From Paraspadella gotoi (taxonomy: Eukaryota; Animalia; Chaetognatha), in contig CM119266.1 in assembly GCA_051294375.1 (NCBI GenBank), positions 19,603,657 through 19,667,656 on the forward strand: a stretch of 64,000 bases of DNA, in the 5' to 3' direction. Positions 51,023 through 64,000 of the stretch are shown in pieces. Under the pieces are notes generated by a model, which did not search any database, was not told the DNA's origin, and saw nothing but the letters and a program-made list of their open reading frames with translations. Every line of letters begins with the position of its first letter. Position 1 is the stretch's first letter. The position numbers and the translations under genes are program-made.

Positions 51023-54000
51023 GTAAGTCTTACGTTTCCCTTCTATTTTACCTTTATTTATTTAACCTGCACCAAACGTAGTAGTTTTTTTTTTTTGCAA
51101 AATAATTTAGTTAACGTACATTAATTATGTATAATTATATGTAGTATATAAAAGTAGTAATGTTTAATTTAATTGATGATTGGAACGACAACATCTCGGT
51201 GGCTTTGTTTCTTCTATCTTGGAATTAAATTTATTCAATTTAATTTTTTCCTCCTACTATCTTTTTATTGTAAAATAATTTTTCATTCGTTAATCATGGT
51301 TTACTACTTTCTACTTGCCGAGTCCAGCGATGAAAATCGTACTGGAACCATATCTATTGTAAAATTACCATTACAGAAATATAAGTTTTAAAGTCATTTA
51401 TAGTTTTCTTTCCACTTACTATTTTATCATAACTCAATATGGTCTGTATTCCTTAAATTAACCTCGTTCCTTTTACGAATCTCTTTACGAAAGATTGAAA
51501 TAAATTTATGTCTGGCATCATTCCTTCTTCCTTCCCTCACTCTGCCACGCATGTCCCCCATTTATCACGAGGTTTCCCTTCTCACCCGCGAAGGACGGCA
51601 TCCCGAGGGTCAGACTTGGGGAGATGGAAAGATGAAAAGACAGAAAAATAGAGAAAGAAAGGCGGAAAGATAGAAAGATGGACTGATTCGAAAAAGGAAA
51701 TTCGGTGAAGGTAAATTGTATTGAAGAAATTCGGGCGTAACACAAGGACATAAAGCACTAAAGCAGGAAAGAATATATAAAAAAAACATAAAAACATATA
51801 TATATATTATATAATAAGCTGAACTGAAGAAGAATTCGAAGACGATATTGTACGTACTAAAAATATGTTAATGGGAACCTAATCATGGAAGAAAAAGATT
51901 TGATGAGAAAAGAAGGAAGAAGAAAAAAAAAAGTAAAACTGCTATAAAAAAATTGAAAGGCGAGTAGATCTTATGCCATTCGTGAATCCCCGATGATTTT
52001 AAGAGATGAGATGGTAATCGGAAGAGATCGACGGGCGACTGGAGGCTGCGGGATTGACGGGCGGGTTTGTGGGAAGCGTTGGAGGCGGAAGGAGGGAGTC
52101 GTGGCTGAGTACGAAGATAAAACTGGACACGCAAAGGAAGTGGGGCACAGATTTAATACGTTCTTATGTGGTAGCATATGTGAGACGGACCAAGCGGCCG
52201 GAGAATTAGTGAAAAATCAGACCCTGGGGTCTAATTTCTGGACGAAAGTCTGGGATATCGTATAAGGGGTGAACTTAGGCAACGATTTTTCCTCCACTAG
52301 ACAATTTTCTGTTAAACTTGGAGTCAACTAAAAAAAAGTAGGCAATTGTAACTAGAGAGGGATAGAATTCGATAACTTACGAAGGAAGCAAAAAGATGTA
52401 TGTCCTAAGGTGCATGCATTATCTATTAAGATTAAGAATTTTGAAGACAATTTTGAAAAAAAATTGGCTTTAGTGGTTCCTCGTAAGCCTCATAGACCCA
52501 ACGATGACCGCGGTCCCTTTGTCCCTTGCTTTTCCATCAGACGAGATTTATTGTCCCCGGTCTTCTCTCGGGACGACCGTCTTTGTCCGGAGAAAAGCCA
52601 TGCACGCGCCTGGCGACGCCTCTCCCGCCTTAAGCAGACTCTTTGTCTCTCTTTGTCGTTGGTCTTCACCTCTGCGTCTTTGTCTCTCTTTGTCGTCCCC
52701 GACTCTCCAGATTGTTTATGCATCATCTTTTTCTCTCATTCAATTGCCAGACAATTGTTTCGTTTTTTCTTTTCATTATTCTAACTCATAAATCTGTTTC
52801 CTCTTTTTCCATTTCAAACTACTAGTTAATTTAAAATTCTTCTTTTAGCCTGACCACTAGTGACTGGTGACTGGGGTATAACTTTCTACTGGCTTCCGAT
52901 TAGACGTTTCCTTACCATTTTCCTTTTCCCTCTTTCACATTCTTATCTTTTCTGTTCCAAGAAAAGAAGAAAAGAAAATAAAGGACAGGAACGAAGCAGA
53001 TGAAGGAAACAGAAAAGATGATTATTGAAAAAAGAAAAGAGTAAACAGAAAAACAAAAGAGGGAGGCGAAATTAAAAAAGACAAAAATGTGTCATAATTT
53101 GGAAGAAGATCTGAGATAAGAAAACAAGATCTGTGGAAAGGAAAGAAGAAAAACTGAGATATGAAAACAAGATCTGAGAAAAGGAAACAAGATCTGAGGA
53201 AAGGAAAGAAGAATCGACAATTTCAAGTTGTTGCACCGCAGACTCAGTGTCTTTATTTTGTAGACGTATTTTCCGTTAACGTTACTAACCACAAGTATAA
53301 AAGATATTCACAATAAGCATTTTATAGCTGATCATTAATATCTTATGTTTGAAGTATTAAGTAAAATAACCAAGTCTTATACGAACTATGCCTCATTGAC
53401 TTATGGATAAGGTAACCATATTTTTATCTAGTCACGTAACTATGACTCAGTATTCTATAAATTATTCTGCATTTCATTTTTGGTCATGTGATTACTTTTT
53501 AAGGTGATCACATGACTATATAAGTATGATACATTTACCTACATTTACCTACATTTACCATACCGTCCTACCAAGTATAAACTTAATTGATAAAAAATTA
53601 TCAGAGTTATGCATTAAGAGCATTTAAAACACAGGCAGACAAACCCACCGACCGACTGACCAAAAAGTGACTTAAAGAGTTTTTCCGCCAGTACACGCAA
53701 CTAAAAACAAAACGGGAACTCCGAGCAACGACGGAATTGGCCGGTAGAGAGAGGAAGTTGTTGAGTGTCAGTTTTCACAGGTGAAGAGCAGTAAGTGAAG
53801 GGACAAAGAATCAAAGGATCTTAAGTCGCGGAAGAAAACAAACAATCGCACTAGAAAGTAAAACAAAGTAGTTCCTGCAACGAAGGCTTAAAAGAAAGGG
53901 CAAAAGGATTGTCTATGACTAATATGACTATGGTGTCTGAAACATACTGTGAATTTAAACCCTTGATTTTAAAATTAAAATAAAATTAAATTAGATTTAA

Positions 54001-55828
54001 AAAAATAAAATTAACTATTATATTATATATATATATATTATATTATATATATATATTATATATATATTATATTATATATATATTATATTTCTCTCTTTTC
54101 AAGTTAAGCTTTTATATTTTTTATGTCCTCCAACCATCATTTTTTCTTTTGTTATTTCTTTTGCTTTGCCCTGTAATTTCACTCGGCCTTCGATTTTAGC
54201 CGCACTCTTCTTTCTCGCTTCGCGTAATTACGTAGTTTTTACTAGTGTCTCTAATGTCTAATGACTCACAATCAATATTGTATCATTTTAAATTGTTCAC
54301 AAAATATTTCTAAAATTGTTTTATTGGAGAAATTGGGTGAAAGAATTTATTATCACTCAACTGAGTCACGAAAAATGGGAGAGAGAGAATCTTCTAAGAC
54401 TCAACCAAAGAAAATAACGGATTCGATTTCTTATAAATAAAAAAAAATAAAAAATTGGTTGTGGTTCCACATCTTTAGTCAAACAAAACGTTTACGAGCT
54501 AAATAAACAAAACAAAACCAACAAAACCAAATAAACAAAATAGAATAACTAAAGAGGAAAAGAAAATAGAATCCCGAGGTCGACTCTTGGTTTGCAGAGA
54601 GAATTATGTCAACATCACCTTTAGACATTTATTTTTGGGATCACCATGGCAACCATTTCCGTCTTTTAAGGCCTCTCTCTCTCTATCTCTCTCTCTCTTT
54701 TTTTTTTCTTCATGTCTCTATGAATCTCAATTTTCCCTGAATTATGCAATCAATATGCATGTTATCAAAAGTTGGGACTTAAGAAAATATTTAACTAAAT
54801 ACTTATTATTTCCTTTTTTTCTTCCATTTTTATTGCTGACTCGGGTGACTTCAGGTAAGAGAAGCATTAAACATTTTTTATCATTCTTTGAAACTTTAGA
54901 ATTCTTATGAGTGTGATTTATACATTTTTTTTTAAATCACCATATAATTAAATTTCCCCAAAGATGAAGTCTTCTCATAGCTAAATATTAGCTATTAGCT
55001 ATTAGCTACCATTCTGTTTATTTTTTATCTCCATTGAAATCCCTTCATCTTATTTTAGTCGCTGCTTATTTTATTAAATAACTTTTTAACATTCTTGTCG
55101 TCCCCAAAGAGAGAGACAGACACTTGGAGAAAGAGAGAGAGAGGAGAGAGAAGAGAGAGAGAGAGAGATAAAAAACAAGAAACACACTCATTAAAGAAGA
55201 CGACAGTCGACCAAAACGAGTATATAGACTATATATATAGTACAATCTAAATTTCAACGCGTCGCGCCCCCGTGACAATTTCTACATTTCCCGATACAAT
55301 CACGTGACCATACAAGCGCAAAAATATGTAGAAGAAGGAACTCGCGATTTTAAACGCATCCGCCACCGACGTTTTAAACTGCGCCGTCCCTTCAAAACCT
55401 CTCCTTTCCCCCCAACGCCCTCTCTCGACGGCGTCCTTCATCTAAATCAGGTCACGTCCAATGTGGTCATCGGAATCTCGACCCAACCGGAGGTGATTTA
55501 GCGGCGCAATAGAAAAAAGAAAGAAAGTCTAGTAAAAGTTCAGGACGCTTCGAAAAGACTAAGAGGGAAGAATTTTAGAGGAAGAGAAGAATATTAATGG
55601 AAAATAAAAGAATTAAGGTTGGGAGGATTAGATTAAATTTTAAAACTTAAATTAAATTAAAAATTAAATTAAAAATTAAATTATATATTTAAATTTAAAT
55701 TAAATTAAATTAAAAATTAAATTAAATTAAATTAAAAATTAAATTAAATTAAATTAATGTTGGAGGATCGAGTTCGATTGGATGATTGGAATTGGAAAAT
55801 CGAATGAAGGGTGTCGCACGACGAAAAA

Positions 55829-56105
55829 GGCCTTATTTTCCGAATATGCCCCATTTCGTCTTGAAATCGGAACAAAGTTAATTTTTTAGGTTGGTTTAAA
55901 GATGAGGTTAAAGGTTAAGGTTAGGGATTAAGTTATTGATTAGCGTTGGAGATTAGGGTTAGGAACTTACGGTTTATGGGTTAAAGATTCAGGGGTAGAG
56001 TTTAAGATTAGGGTTTGAGATTAGGGTTTGAGATTAGAGTTTGGTAAGAGATTAGGGTAAAGAGCAAGTTACATTTACTCTTACCTTGTTAGGAGAAAAG
56101 AGCGA
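55829..56105. mobile_element. Family T MITE copy
   Basis: Left TIR ggccttattttccgaatatgccccatttc, a degenerate TTAGGG body and a possible decayed right TIR at ~56090-56104. Confidence 0.7.
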
Positions 56106-56167
56106 GACATGAAGAGACGTGTCGGTCCATGTGAGAAAAGAACCAGAAGACTTGGATAAAGAATCAT

Positions 56168-56261
<94 letters not shown>

Positions 56262-57174
56262 AAAGGGAAGCTGATTGGCTCCGGCGTTCTCAGACGCAGA
56301 CTCATTAAATAAAACGGGAAAAAGGACGAAAAGGCATCGAGAGAACTAATTCTCCGGCGGCCATTTTAGTTGGGTTGCTCTCCCCCCATTTATCTATCCT
56401 TTCTTTCCCCCTTTTGTTCCCATTCTCTTCTTTTTCTTATCTTCTTACTCGAGTGTCCTTATTTTTTTAAGAGAAGCATAGTAGTAGCATAGTATTACTC
56501 TTTCGCAGCTACTTTTTACTTCACTCTTCGGCCATGATTTCATTTTGATTTTTTCTCACGTAAATTTTGAGATTAATTTTTAATTCGGTATTTTATAATT
56601 TTACTTTTTTAATTTTTATAATTTTGGATCAAATCGTATTGGACCGGCTCCTAATTTATTTTTTTCTTCAAAATGTGCGTATTATATACAATAATAAACA
56701 TATTATATACGTTTTGATTAGGCCCCATTAATTTTCAATATAATTGATTGGTCCTCTTGACTTTCTCAAAATGAACTTTTATTTTTCTTAGATTAAGATC
56801 AACTTGGCCGTTTTAATTTCAGCCTCGTGGAGAATTGGAAAGTAATATTTTTAAAATTAATCTATTTTGGATTTTGTTGAAGTAAATTTCGTTAGTGGAA
56901 AGAGAAGAGATTGAAAGAAATGCCCCGTGACTTTTTACGTCCCAACTTATTTTCTGGGCATTTTTAGGATAAGATATTTTCCCGTATGAGAAGATTTTCC
57001 TGGACGTGATTACTAATCACTGATTAGCCTGCAAAGACCTCAAATTCTCTAGATCTAAAAAGACAAGGCAAATGTAAAGAAGGGCAATAAGAACAATACA
57101 TGTGAGAAAATGAATGACTTAAAAAGCGAAAAGGGTGGATAAAAAAGAGAAATAAAGACAGAAAGAAAGAAGGG

Positions 57175-57177
57175 GGA

Positions 57178-57257
<80 letters not shown>

Positions 57258-57283
57258 GAGAAAGAAAGAAAGAAAGAAAGAAA
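57175..57283. repeat. (GAAA)n microsatellite
   Basis: Direct reading. Confidence 0.95.
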
Positions 57284-57579
57284 GGTATCTAGACAAAAAA
57301 AATGTTTCCCTCTAAATTCTAAATCTTTGCCGAACTCAATGTGATCACAATAATAATTTCATCCATGGTTTGTACTCGTTGTTTTGGTTCTTTTTTTTTT
57401 TCTTCAGGATTTTTTTTCTTTGCATTTCTTCTCCTTCAAGAAGCCCTCCTCCTTTTCCTCCTCATCGTTTCCCAATTTTGGAGGCCGCCTATTGTGAACC
57501 AGACAATAAACCCAGTTGGCATCTTGGCCTTTGGTGACATTAAGAAGGGACCGAGAGTATTGGATCTCGGGTAGGAGTG

Positions 57580-58192
57580 GAAAGGATGAATGGAAATGGA
57601 AAGGAGGAATAGAAATGGAAAGGAGGAACGGGAATGGAAGGGAGGAAATAAGGAATGGAAAGGAGGAACGGGAATGGAAGGGAGGAATAGAATGGAAAGG
57701 AGGAATAGGAATGGAAAGGAGGAACGGGAATGGAAGGGAGGAATAGGAATGGAAAGGAGGAATAGGAATGGAAAGGAGGAATATGAAAGGGAAAGGAGTA
57801 ATAGAAATTGAAAGGAGGAAAAGGAATAACAGGGAGGAATAGGAAAGGGAAAGGAGGATAGGAATGGAAAGAAGGAATAGGAATGGAAAAGAGGAATAGG
57901 AATGGAAAGGAGGAATAGGAATGGAAAGGAGGAATAGGAGATGGAAAAGGAGGAATAGGCGAATGGGAAAGGAGGAATAGGAAGGAAGGGAGGAATTGGG
58001 AAAGGGAAAGGAAGGAATAGGAATGGAAAGGAGGAATAGAAATGGAAAGGAGGAATATGAAAGGGAAAGGAGTAATAGGAATTGAAAGGAGGAAAAGGAA
58101 TTGAAAGGAGGAATAGGAATTGAAAGGAGGAATAGGAATGGAAAGGAGGAATAGGAATGGAAAAGAGGAATAGGAATGGAAAGGAGAAATAG
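57580..58192. repeat. ~19-bp purine-rich minisatellite (ggaatggaaaggaggaata), ~30 units
   Basis: Direct reading. Explains ORFs 57404-58297 and 57436-58230. Confidence 0.9.
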
Positions 58193-59499
58193 AAAAAAAT
58201 AACTTTGATAAAATGTGAAGCGGGAATCAAAGCTGATTTTTAAAGGGTGCTTTAATTTAAGGGATAAGAACTGTATGGAATTTTCATTAAGAATCAATGA
58301 CCATTTAAAAAAGAGAAAACGGAATTTAAGGAAAGGCGTTCGAACAGAGGGAGCAAAAAACTGTACTTAACTTTCTTACATAACTTTTATTAATCAGTAT
58401 CTCGTACTGACGGGACTTGGTTAAGAAGAATAAACGAAGAATTCCCAGAAATTGAAAAAGAAAAAAAAAAGGAAAGAAAGAAAAAGAAAAAAAAAGAAAA
58501 AGAAAAAAGGAGACATTATCGATTTACTTTCAGCTCTCTCTGGTACAGCTCTCCATGGAGCTTAACATCGCACATCAGAACAGGACCGAAAAAAAAGAAC
58601 GATGACTCACATAAAAAAATCGAAGATTTCTTATCGTGATGTCATTCTCGACTTTAATTTTTAAAAAATGCTTATTTAAAAAAAAAAAAAAACTTAAATT
58701 CCTTCATTTCTTCCAAGGAACTTTCTCTAGATTCTATTGACCCATAAGGACTAAAATATAAATGTATATATACTAACATATCTATAATATCTAAGTCTAA
58801 TGGATTTTCTCTGCATGAACGCTCTAGCACCAAATAAAAGCTTTTTATATCCCCAGTGGCATCGCTCTCTTTTCACTCCCATAAAACTTTTCGCTCCTAA
58901 GGTCCCGCCTTCCTCTTAGAATAGAACAGAGAATAAAATAAAGTAATATAGAATATAATATAATCAAATAAAATACATAAAAAAATAAAATAAAATAAAA
59001 GAAAATAAAACAAAAGAAAACAGAATAGAGAAACTTTTTTTTTTAATTTCCGTTCCATTTTTTATTTCTTTAACTTTTTTTTTGTTCATAAGCATCAAGC
59101 TAATGACATCCATCTTGAAGTCAAGGGATTAAAGTATTCATTATCTCGTTGCATTGATTACCTCTCAAGGCTTAACGTAAGGGAAATTCTTTCTCTCTTT
59201 CCCTTTCTGACGCTCATGATACAAACATGTTTTAATTTAAAATAGTATATGAATGAATATACAATTATACATTGAAAAAAAGAAAGAAATCCTAAAAAGA
59301 GAGAAGCAATTACTGGGCGATTTCAGATCAGGATATTGATAAACTTATTAGGAAAGCGCAAATTTAAAAATCAACCTATTTAAAGATTAGAAGATTAGAA
59401 GATTAGAAGATTAAAAGATTCTTATCTTATTTATTAAATGAATGCATAATTTTTATATTGGTTGTACCAATTTTATATGCACAGACGGAATAATTTTTG

Positions 59500-59690
59500 G
59501 GCTCTCATTTCCAAAATAGCTGTTACTTAATCCCTAAACTAATCCTCAACTAATCCTAACTCTAATCTATTTATAAATCAATAACCTAATCCTTAATCCT
59601 AATCCCTAACCCAAATCGATAACCTTTACCTAATCCCAAACCCTAAACTCTAAAACATAATCCCCAATCTATAACCCTTTACCCTCAACC
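59500..59690. mobile_element. Family T MITE fragment, inverted orientation
   Basis: Begins ggctctcatttccaaaa (right-TIR type), followed by ccctaa/cctaat tracts. Confidence 0.6.
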
Positions 59691-60967
59691 AGAGTCTTTT
59701 TGTCTTTTTGCCACGACAATGGCTTCATAAAGGTTCACTTAGTTTCACATCATTGTGACTTTTAGGACGACGAACTTATGCTTCCATCTAATTTTTATAC
59801 TTTTATGTTTTCCGTTTATGCGTGTCCCAGTGTAACCATTCTTCCGCTTAAAATGAAGTTATTTTTAAAAAAGGACCAAGTATTTTTTTTTAAACAATTT
59901 TTATCTCTACCATCAGAGTGAAGCCCTGCTAAAGGATATGTAGAATAATAAAAAAATAAAATGAGATTGAATTCATCAATCTAATTTGCATACAGTAGTA
60001 AATTATTTAAAGTCACGTTGGTTCATGTTCAGTTTAAATATCTGTTTTAATATAATATGTTTTAATATTAATCATTTGAGAGTCGAATTCTGTCCCACGA
60101 AATGGTTGATTCGATCGCGGACTGACGAAAGCCAATCACAGGCAACGAGCGACCTTGGCTCCACGCCCCCTTTCCTCCCCTCCCTCCCCCCCCCGTGTCC
60201 CCTTCCCGACCGACCCGAAGAGGATTCGTGAGGCGAAAAGGATTTCCTCAGATCCTCAAATCACTACATTCGACCGACGACGACGACGACGACCCGAGGA
60301 TTTATTTATGCTGAGAGTAAGCGAAATACAACTCTCTCTTTTTGCAGTCTTCGCAAAAATACAGCCTCTGTGTCGCAAGGCCCGACGACAAGGCCGCTCC
60401 ATTGGACATCCGAGGGGGAAACAGTGCGGGTTAATTGAAAAGAGATGTGAGGAGGGGAAGGAGGGAGAGAGAGAGAAAGAGAAAGAGAAAGAAGAGAGAG
60501 AGAGAGAGACGAGAGGAGAGAGAGAGAATAAAGTAATGAATCGTTTGGTCTGAGTCACACTTATTCTTAAGAATCAGTTATGGGAGAACGAGGGACATTA
60601 CACCATACACATAATTTTTTATTGTTTATATTTTTAATGAAAATATTTTTTTTTTCCAAGTATATATTTTTTTTTAAACCTCAAACTGGATGCATTCTTC
60701 TCTTTTTTCTTTCCCCCGCTTCCTTTTTCCCTCCTAACCTTATCTCTTATTTTTATTACTCTTTTTTTTTCTCTTATCTCAAATTACCGCCTCCTTGGCG
60801 TCGTTATGGTCGTCGTCGTCGTCGTCGTCGTCACTGTCGTCGTCAGCTTCCTCTTCGAAGGCGTTCCACGTCGTCAGCATCATCTTTTCTACAAAAGAAA
60901 ACTTGGAAAACGACGAATCTTGTAAACGGGCCATTTTTTCCTTCTGTTTCTTCCCTGTTTTTTTCTT

Positions 60968-61400
60968 TTAAGTCTTTTCCCCTCTTTTCTTTTTTCTTTT
61001 AAGTCTTCCTCTTTTCTCTTTTCTTTTAAGTCTTTTTCCTCTTTTCTTTTTTCTTTTAAGTCTTTTCCTCTTTTCTCAGTTCTTTCAAGTCTTTTCCCTC
61101 TTTTCTCTTTTCTTTTAAGTCTTTTTCCTCTTTTTTCTTTTCTTTTGTAATTTTATAATTTATAATTTTATGTTTTTTATCCTGGTTCCTGACTTTCGAT
61201 TTTTTTTTAATATTTCCCCAATTTCTTATTCTTTTTTCTTTCTTTATCTTTCTTTTTCTTCTTTTTTAATATTTCCCCCAATTTTTAAATTTTTTTTCTT
61301 TTTCTTTCTTTTTCTTCTTTTTTAATATTTCCCCAAATTTTTAATTCTTTTTTCTTTCTTTTTCTTTCTTTTTCTTCTTTTTCCCCCAATTTCTAATTCT
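60968..61400. repeat. Pyrimidine-rich tandem repeats (~30-bp ttttaagtctttt..cctctttt units, then ~60-bp tttaatatttccccaa units)
   Basis: Direct reading. Confidence 0.75.
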
Positions 61401-62467
61401 TATTTCTTTCTTTTTCGTCGTTTTTCTCTGGATTTTTACTTCTTGAAATAAAGAATTTTGATATAATTTTTTTATTTTCTATTGTTTAAAACTTTGGCAA
61501 CGAAACTTTATAGTTTCAACATCTCGTTTTGAAAACTCCGTCCGTGAAAAATAAAGTTGTGTCGTAAATGGATATTTTTATATAACGAAAAAAAATGAAT
61601 TCATAAAATCAGAGGTTCTATAATATTTAAATTTTAATGTTGACTTTTCAGTCAATTCTTTTCTGAGTTTTCTCTATTCCTAAATGAACTTTTTTCTTTA
61701 CAATAATCGCGTCATTATTTGTCTCAAAACACCTGAATCTTAAGTCATAACAAGAATCGGAAAATGAAAAACAGTGATATGAAAATAATAAACATATGAC
61801 ACGCGACGAGTCCTCAACGATCGTTTTTCTTCTTTCCTTTTTTTTCTTTCCTTTCCTCTCTTTCCACCTCCTCTCTTCTCTCACTTTCCTTCTCCATTTC
61901 CAGAAAAGAACCAAAATCCTCTTTCCTAATCTCTCCCACAATTGGTCACATCGCTTTTCCATTATCCCTAACAACTCTTCCAACGAAAAACCCTCGACTT
62001 CGCGTTAAGCTCCGCTCCCTCCCATCGAATGCAAGGATATTTCCGGTTCGCATTTTTGGCCCCAAATATTTTTATCGCCCAGTTTAGCCGTTTTCGTCGT
62101 AAGCCTAAACCGTTATTTTCTATATATATATATATATATATATACATTCGAGTGGACATTTAAAAGCTTTATAACTTTACGAAGGTTGTTTAAACTTTTT
62201 AACTTTCTAAATTTTTTTAAATTTTTCAACCGAAATTTTCTTGGTGCCCTGCATTCCTGCCTTCGTCCTCTCTTCCCTTCCGTCTTTTCAACCCCCCGAT
62301 CCGCCCCCCTCCAAGCTATTGAGGCGGCCCAAGGTCATTGATGTGAAGACAACACAGAAAGCTCTCTCCTCCAAGGAATTCAAATTGTCTCTGACTGAGG
62401 AGGGAATGGGAGGACGTCCTGCGAAGGAGAGTGAAGGAGGAACCATTTAAACTTTATTAAAATATGA

Positions 62468-62470
62468 TTA

Positions 62471-62561
<91 letters not shown>
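62468..62561. repeat. (ATT)n microsatellite
   Basis: Direct reading. Source of the poly-Leu ORF. Confidence 0.95.
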
Positions 62562-63147
62562 TTATTATTGTTATTTAAATGATATTTTGATGCTTCCAAG
62601 TAGCATTCATGACAGTATTTTTTTGTTGACTTTAAATTTAATAATTAATTTATTTATTGTTAGCTCCAAAATTAAGTAAGGGAAACCCGGGAAGTGGGAT
62701 TTTGACGCTGTAAAAATGCAATTCCTCATTTTTATATGTACTTATGAACTATAAAATCGATTAATTATTTTAAAAAGTTAGGGAATGAAAACAAATTTGA
62801 GTAAGATTTTAGATTAAAAAATTCGGTTAGGGATTAAGGTTACAGATGTGGTTACAATTTTAAAATAAGTATTAAGGTTTAATGTTATGAAATAGGGATC
62901 GGAATTAAAGATTACGTTCAGTTAATTAATATAAAAGGAATAAATTTTTATCTACGATGTGAGGTAAAACCCGTTCAAAAAATCCAAAAAACAAACAAGA
63001 ATTAGAGACTGCGGGGTTTTGAGAGACAAAGCGAAAGACCGTCCGCCTTCCCTTTGCCAAATGAGTCTTAAAGTCGAGAAAATCGACAAATGTTTTAACA
63101 TGAAAAAGAAATTAGTGAGGATGTGAAATGATTAAAGTCTCAGCCTC

Positions 63148-63190
<43 letters not shown>

Positions 63191-63296
63191 TCTCTCTCAT
63201 CTCTCTCTCTCTGAATTTTGGGAGAGAAATGCGCAATGTGAGATCGTTCTCCTCATTATTAGAATAATTAGATCCTTCTTCTCTTTCTTCTTCTTT

Positions 63297-63337
<41 letters not shown>

Positions 63338-64000
63338 TCTTCCAGAGCTGCTTTCTCTTTAACGCGAAGTGGAAGTGATTCCAGTTGAGAATCGTCTTTA
63401 CTTTATGGAGCAGAAATCGAAGGAGAAGAGAGATTTCGGGTACACGACTGAGGAGATTGGGGATCGGGGATTGGAGATCGGGGATTGGAGACGCTTCGAG
63501 TCGAAATACGTGAGTCTCAAGATTTTGGGGTAGATTCACTGAATGGAATTGAGGAGATGAATGACGCGGAGTCACAAATGAAAAGTTCGCGCAATGAACG
63601 AGTCGTAAATGCGAACGAAGGACAAATTAGGAATCCAGAACGAAACGTTCCCGTGTCATTCTATTTAATAACATACACACTCCCAATAAAAATTTAATAT
63701 TTATATTCAATATACGAATCATTTACATTTCGGGCAAAGCATTGACGATCTGACCCCCCCCCAAAAAAAATCATGAACGGAGCCACAATGAAAAAAATTA
63801 ATTAAAAAAAAGTAAAACTGCGAGAGAAAAAAAAAAGAGCATCGAGTGGAATACAGAGGAAAGATGACGTAAAATCTCATTTACATACTGTAATTAGCTC
63901 AAGGTCAAGAGATGTGTAGCGAATCTCCGTCGCAGTGATGGCCGCCGCCGCCGATCCGTCCGTCCGTCGTCGTCGTCGTCGTCGTCGTCTTCGTCGTCTT

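Noticed and set aside
52540-52632. GEKP zinc-finger linker exon
   Set aside because: Lacks flanking CxxC/HxxxH, stops 10 codons later, and is on the wrong strand and side for the SNAG gene.
57404-58297. 297-aa and 264-aa ORFs
   Set aside because: Mostly translation of a 19-bp minisatellite, and the unique tail is unrecognisable.

Overview
Eukaryotic, most likely metazoan, genomic DNA. It is AT-rich, gene-poor and dense in microsatellites ((AG)n, (GTC)n, (GAAA)n), so nearly all ORFs in the track are low-complexity noise. Only two coding segments are well supported. The first is a minus-strand first exon (32430-31749) beginning with the SNAG repressor peptide MPRSFLVK, for which I found no zinc-finger exon downstream. 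The second is a Pro-rich plus-strand exon (50789-51022) ending at a GTAAGT donor. The rest holds several non-autonomous mobile-element families: a TTAA-flanked Kolobok-like element whose empty site is also in the window, a MITE family filled with degenerate TTAGGG repeats, two fold-back elements, a tRNA-derived repeat and one unclassified repeat. There are also many minisatellites, including a 21-bp array just upstream of the SNAG gene and a CRISPR-looking but non-CRISPR 45-bp array. The 8.6-23.2 kb part shows strong signs of long-read gap-filling artefacts: three gaps of exactly 25 N, a ~4.8-kb noisy palindrome and noisy direct duplications. I found no convincing wholly new biological system; the leads below are ranked accordingly.
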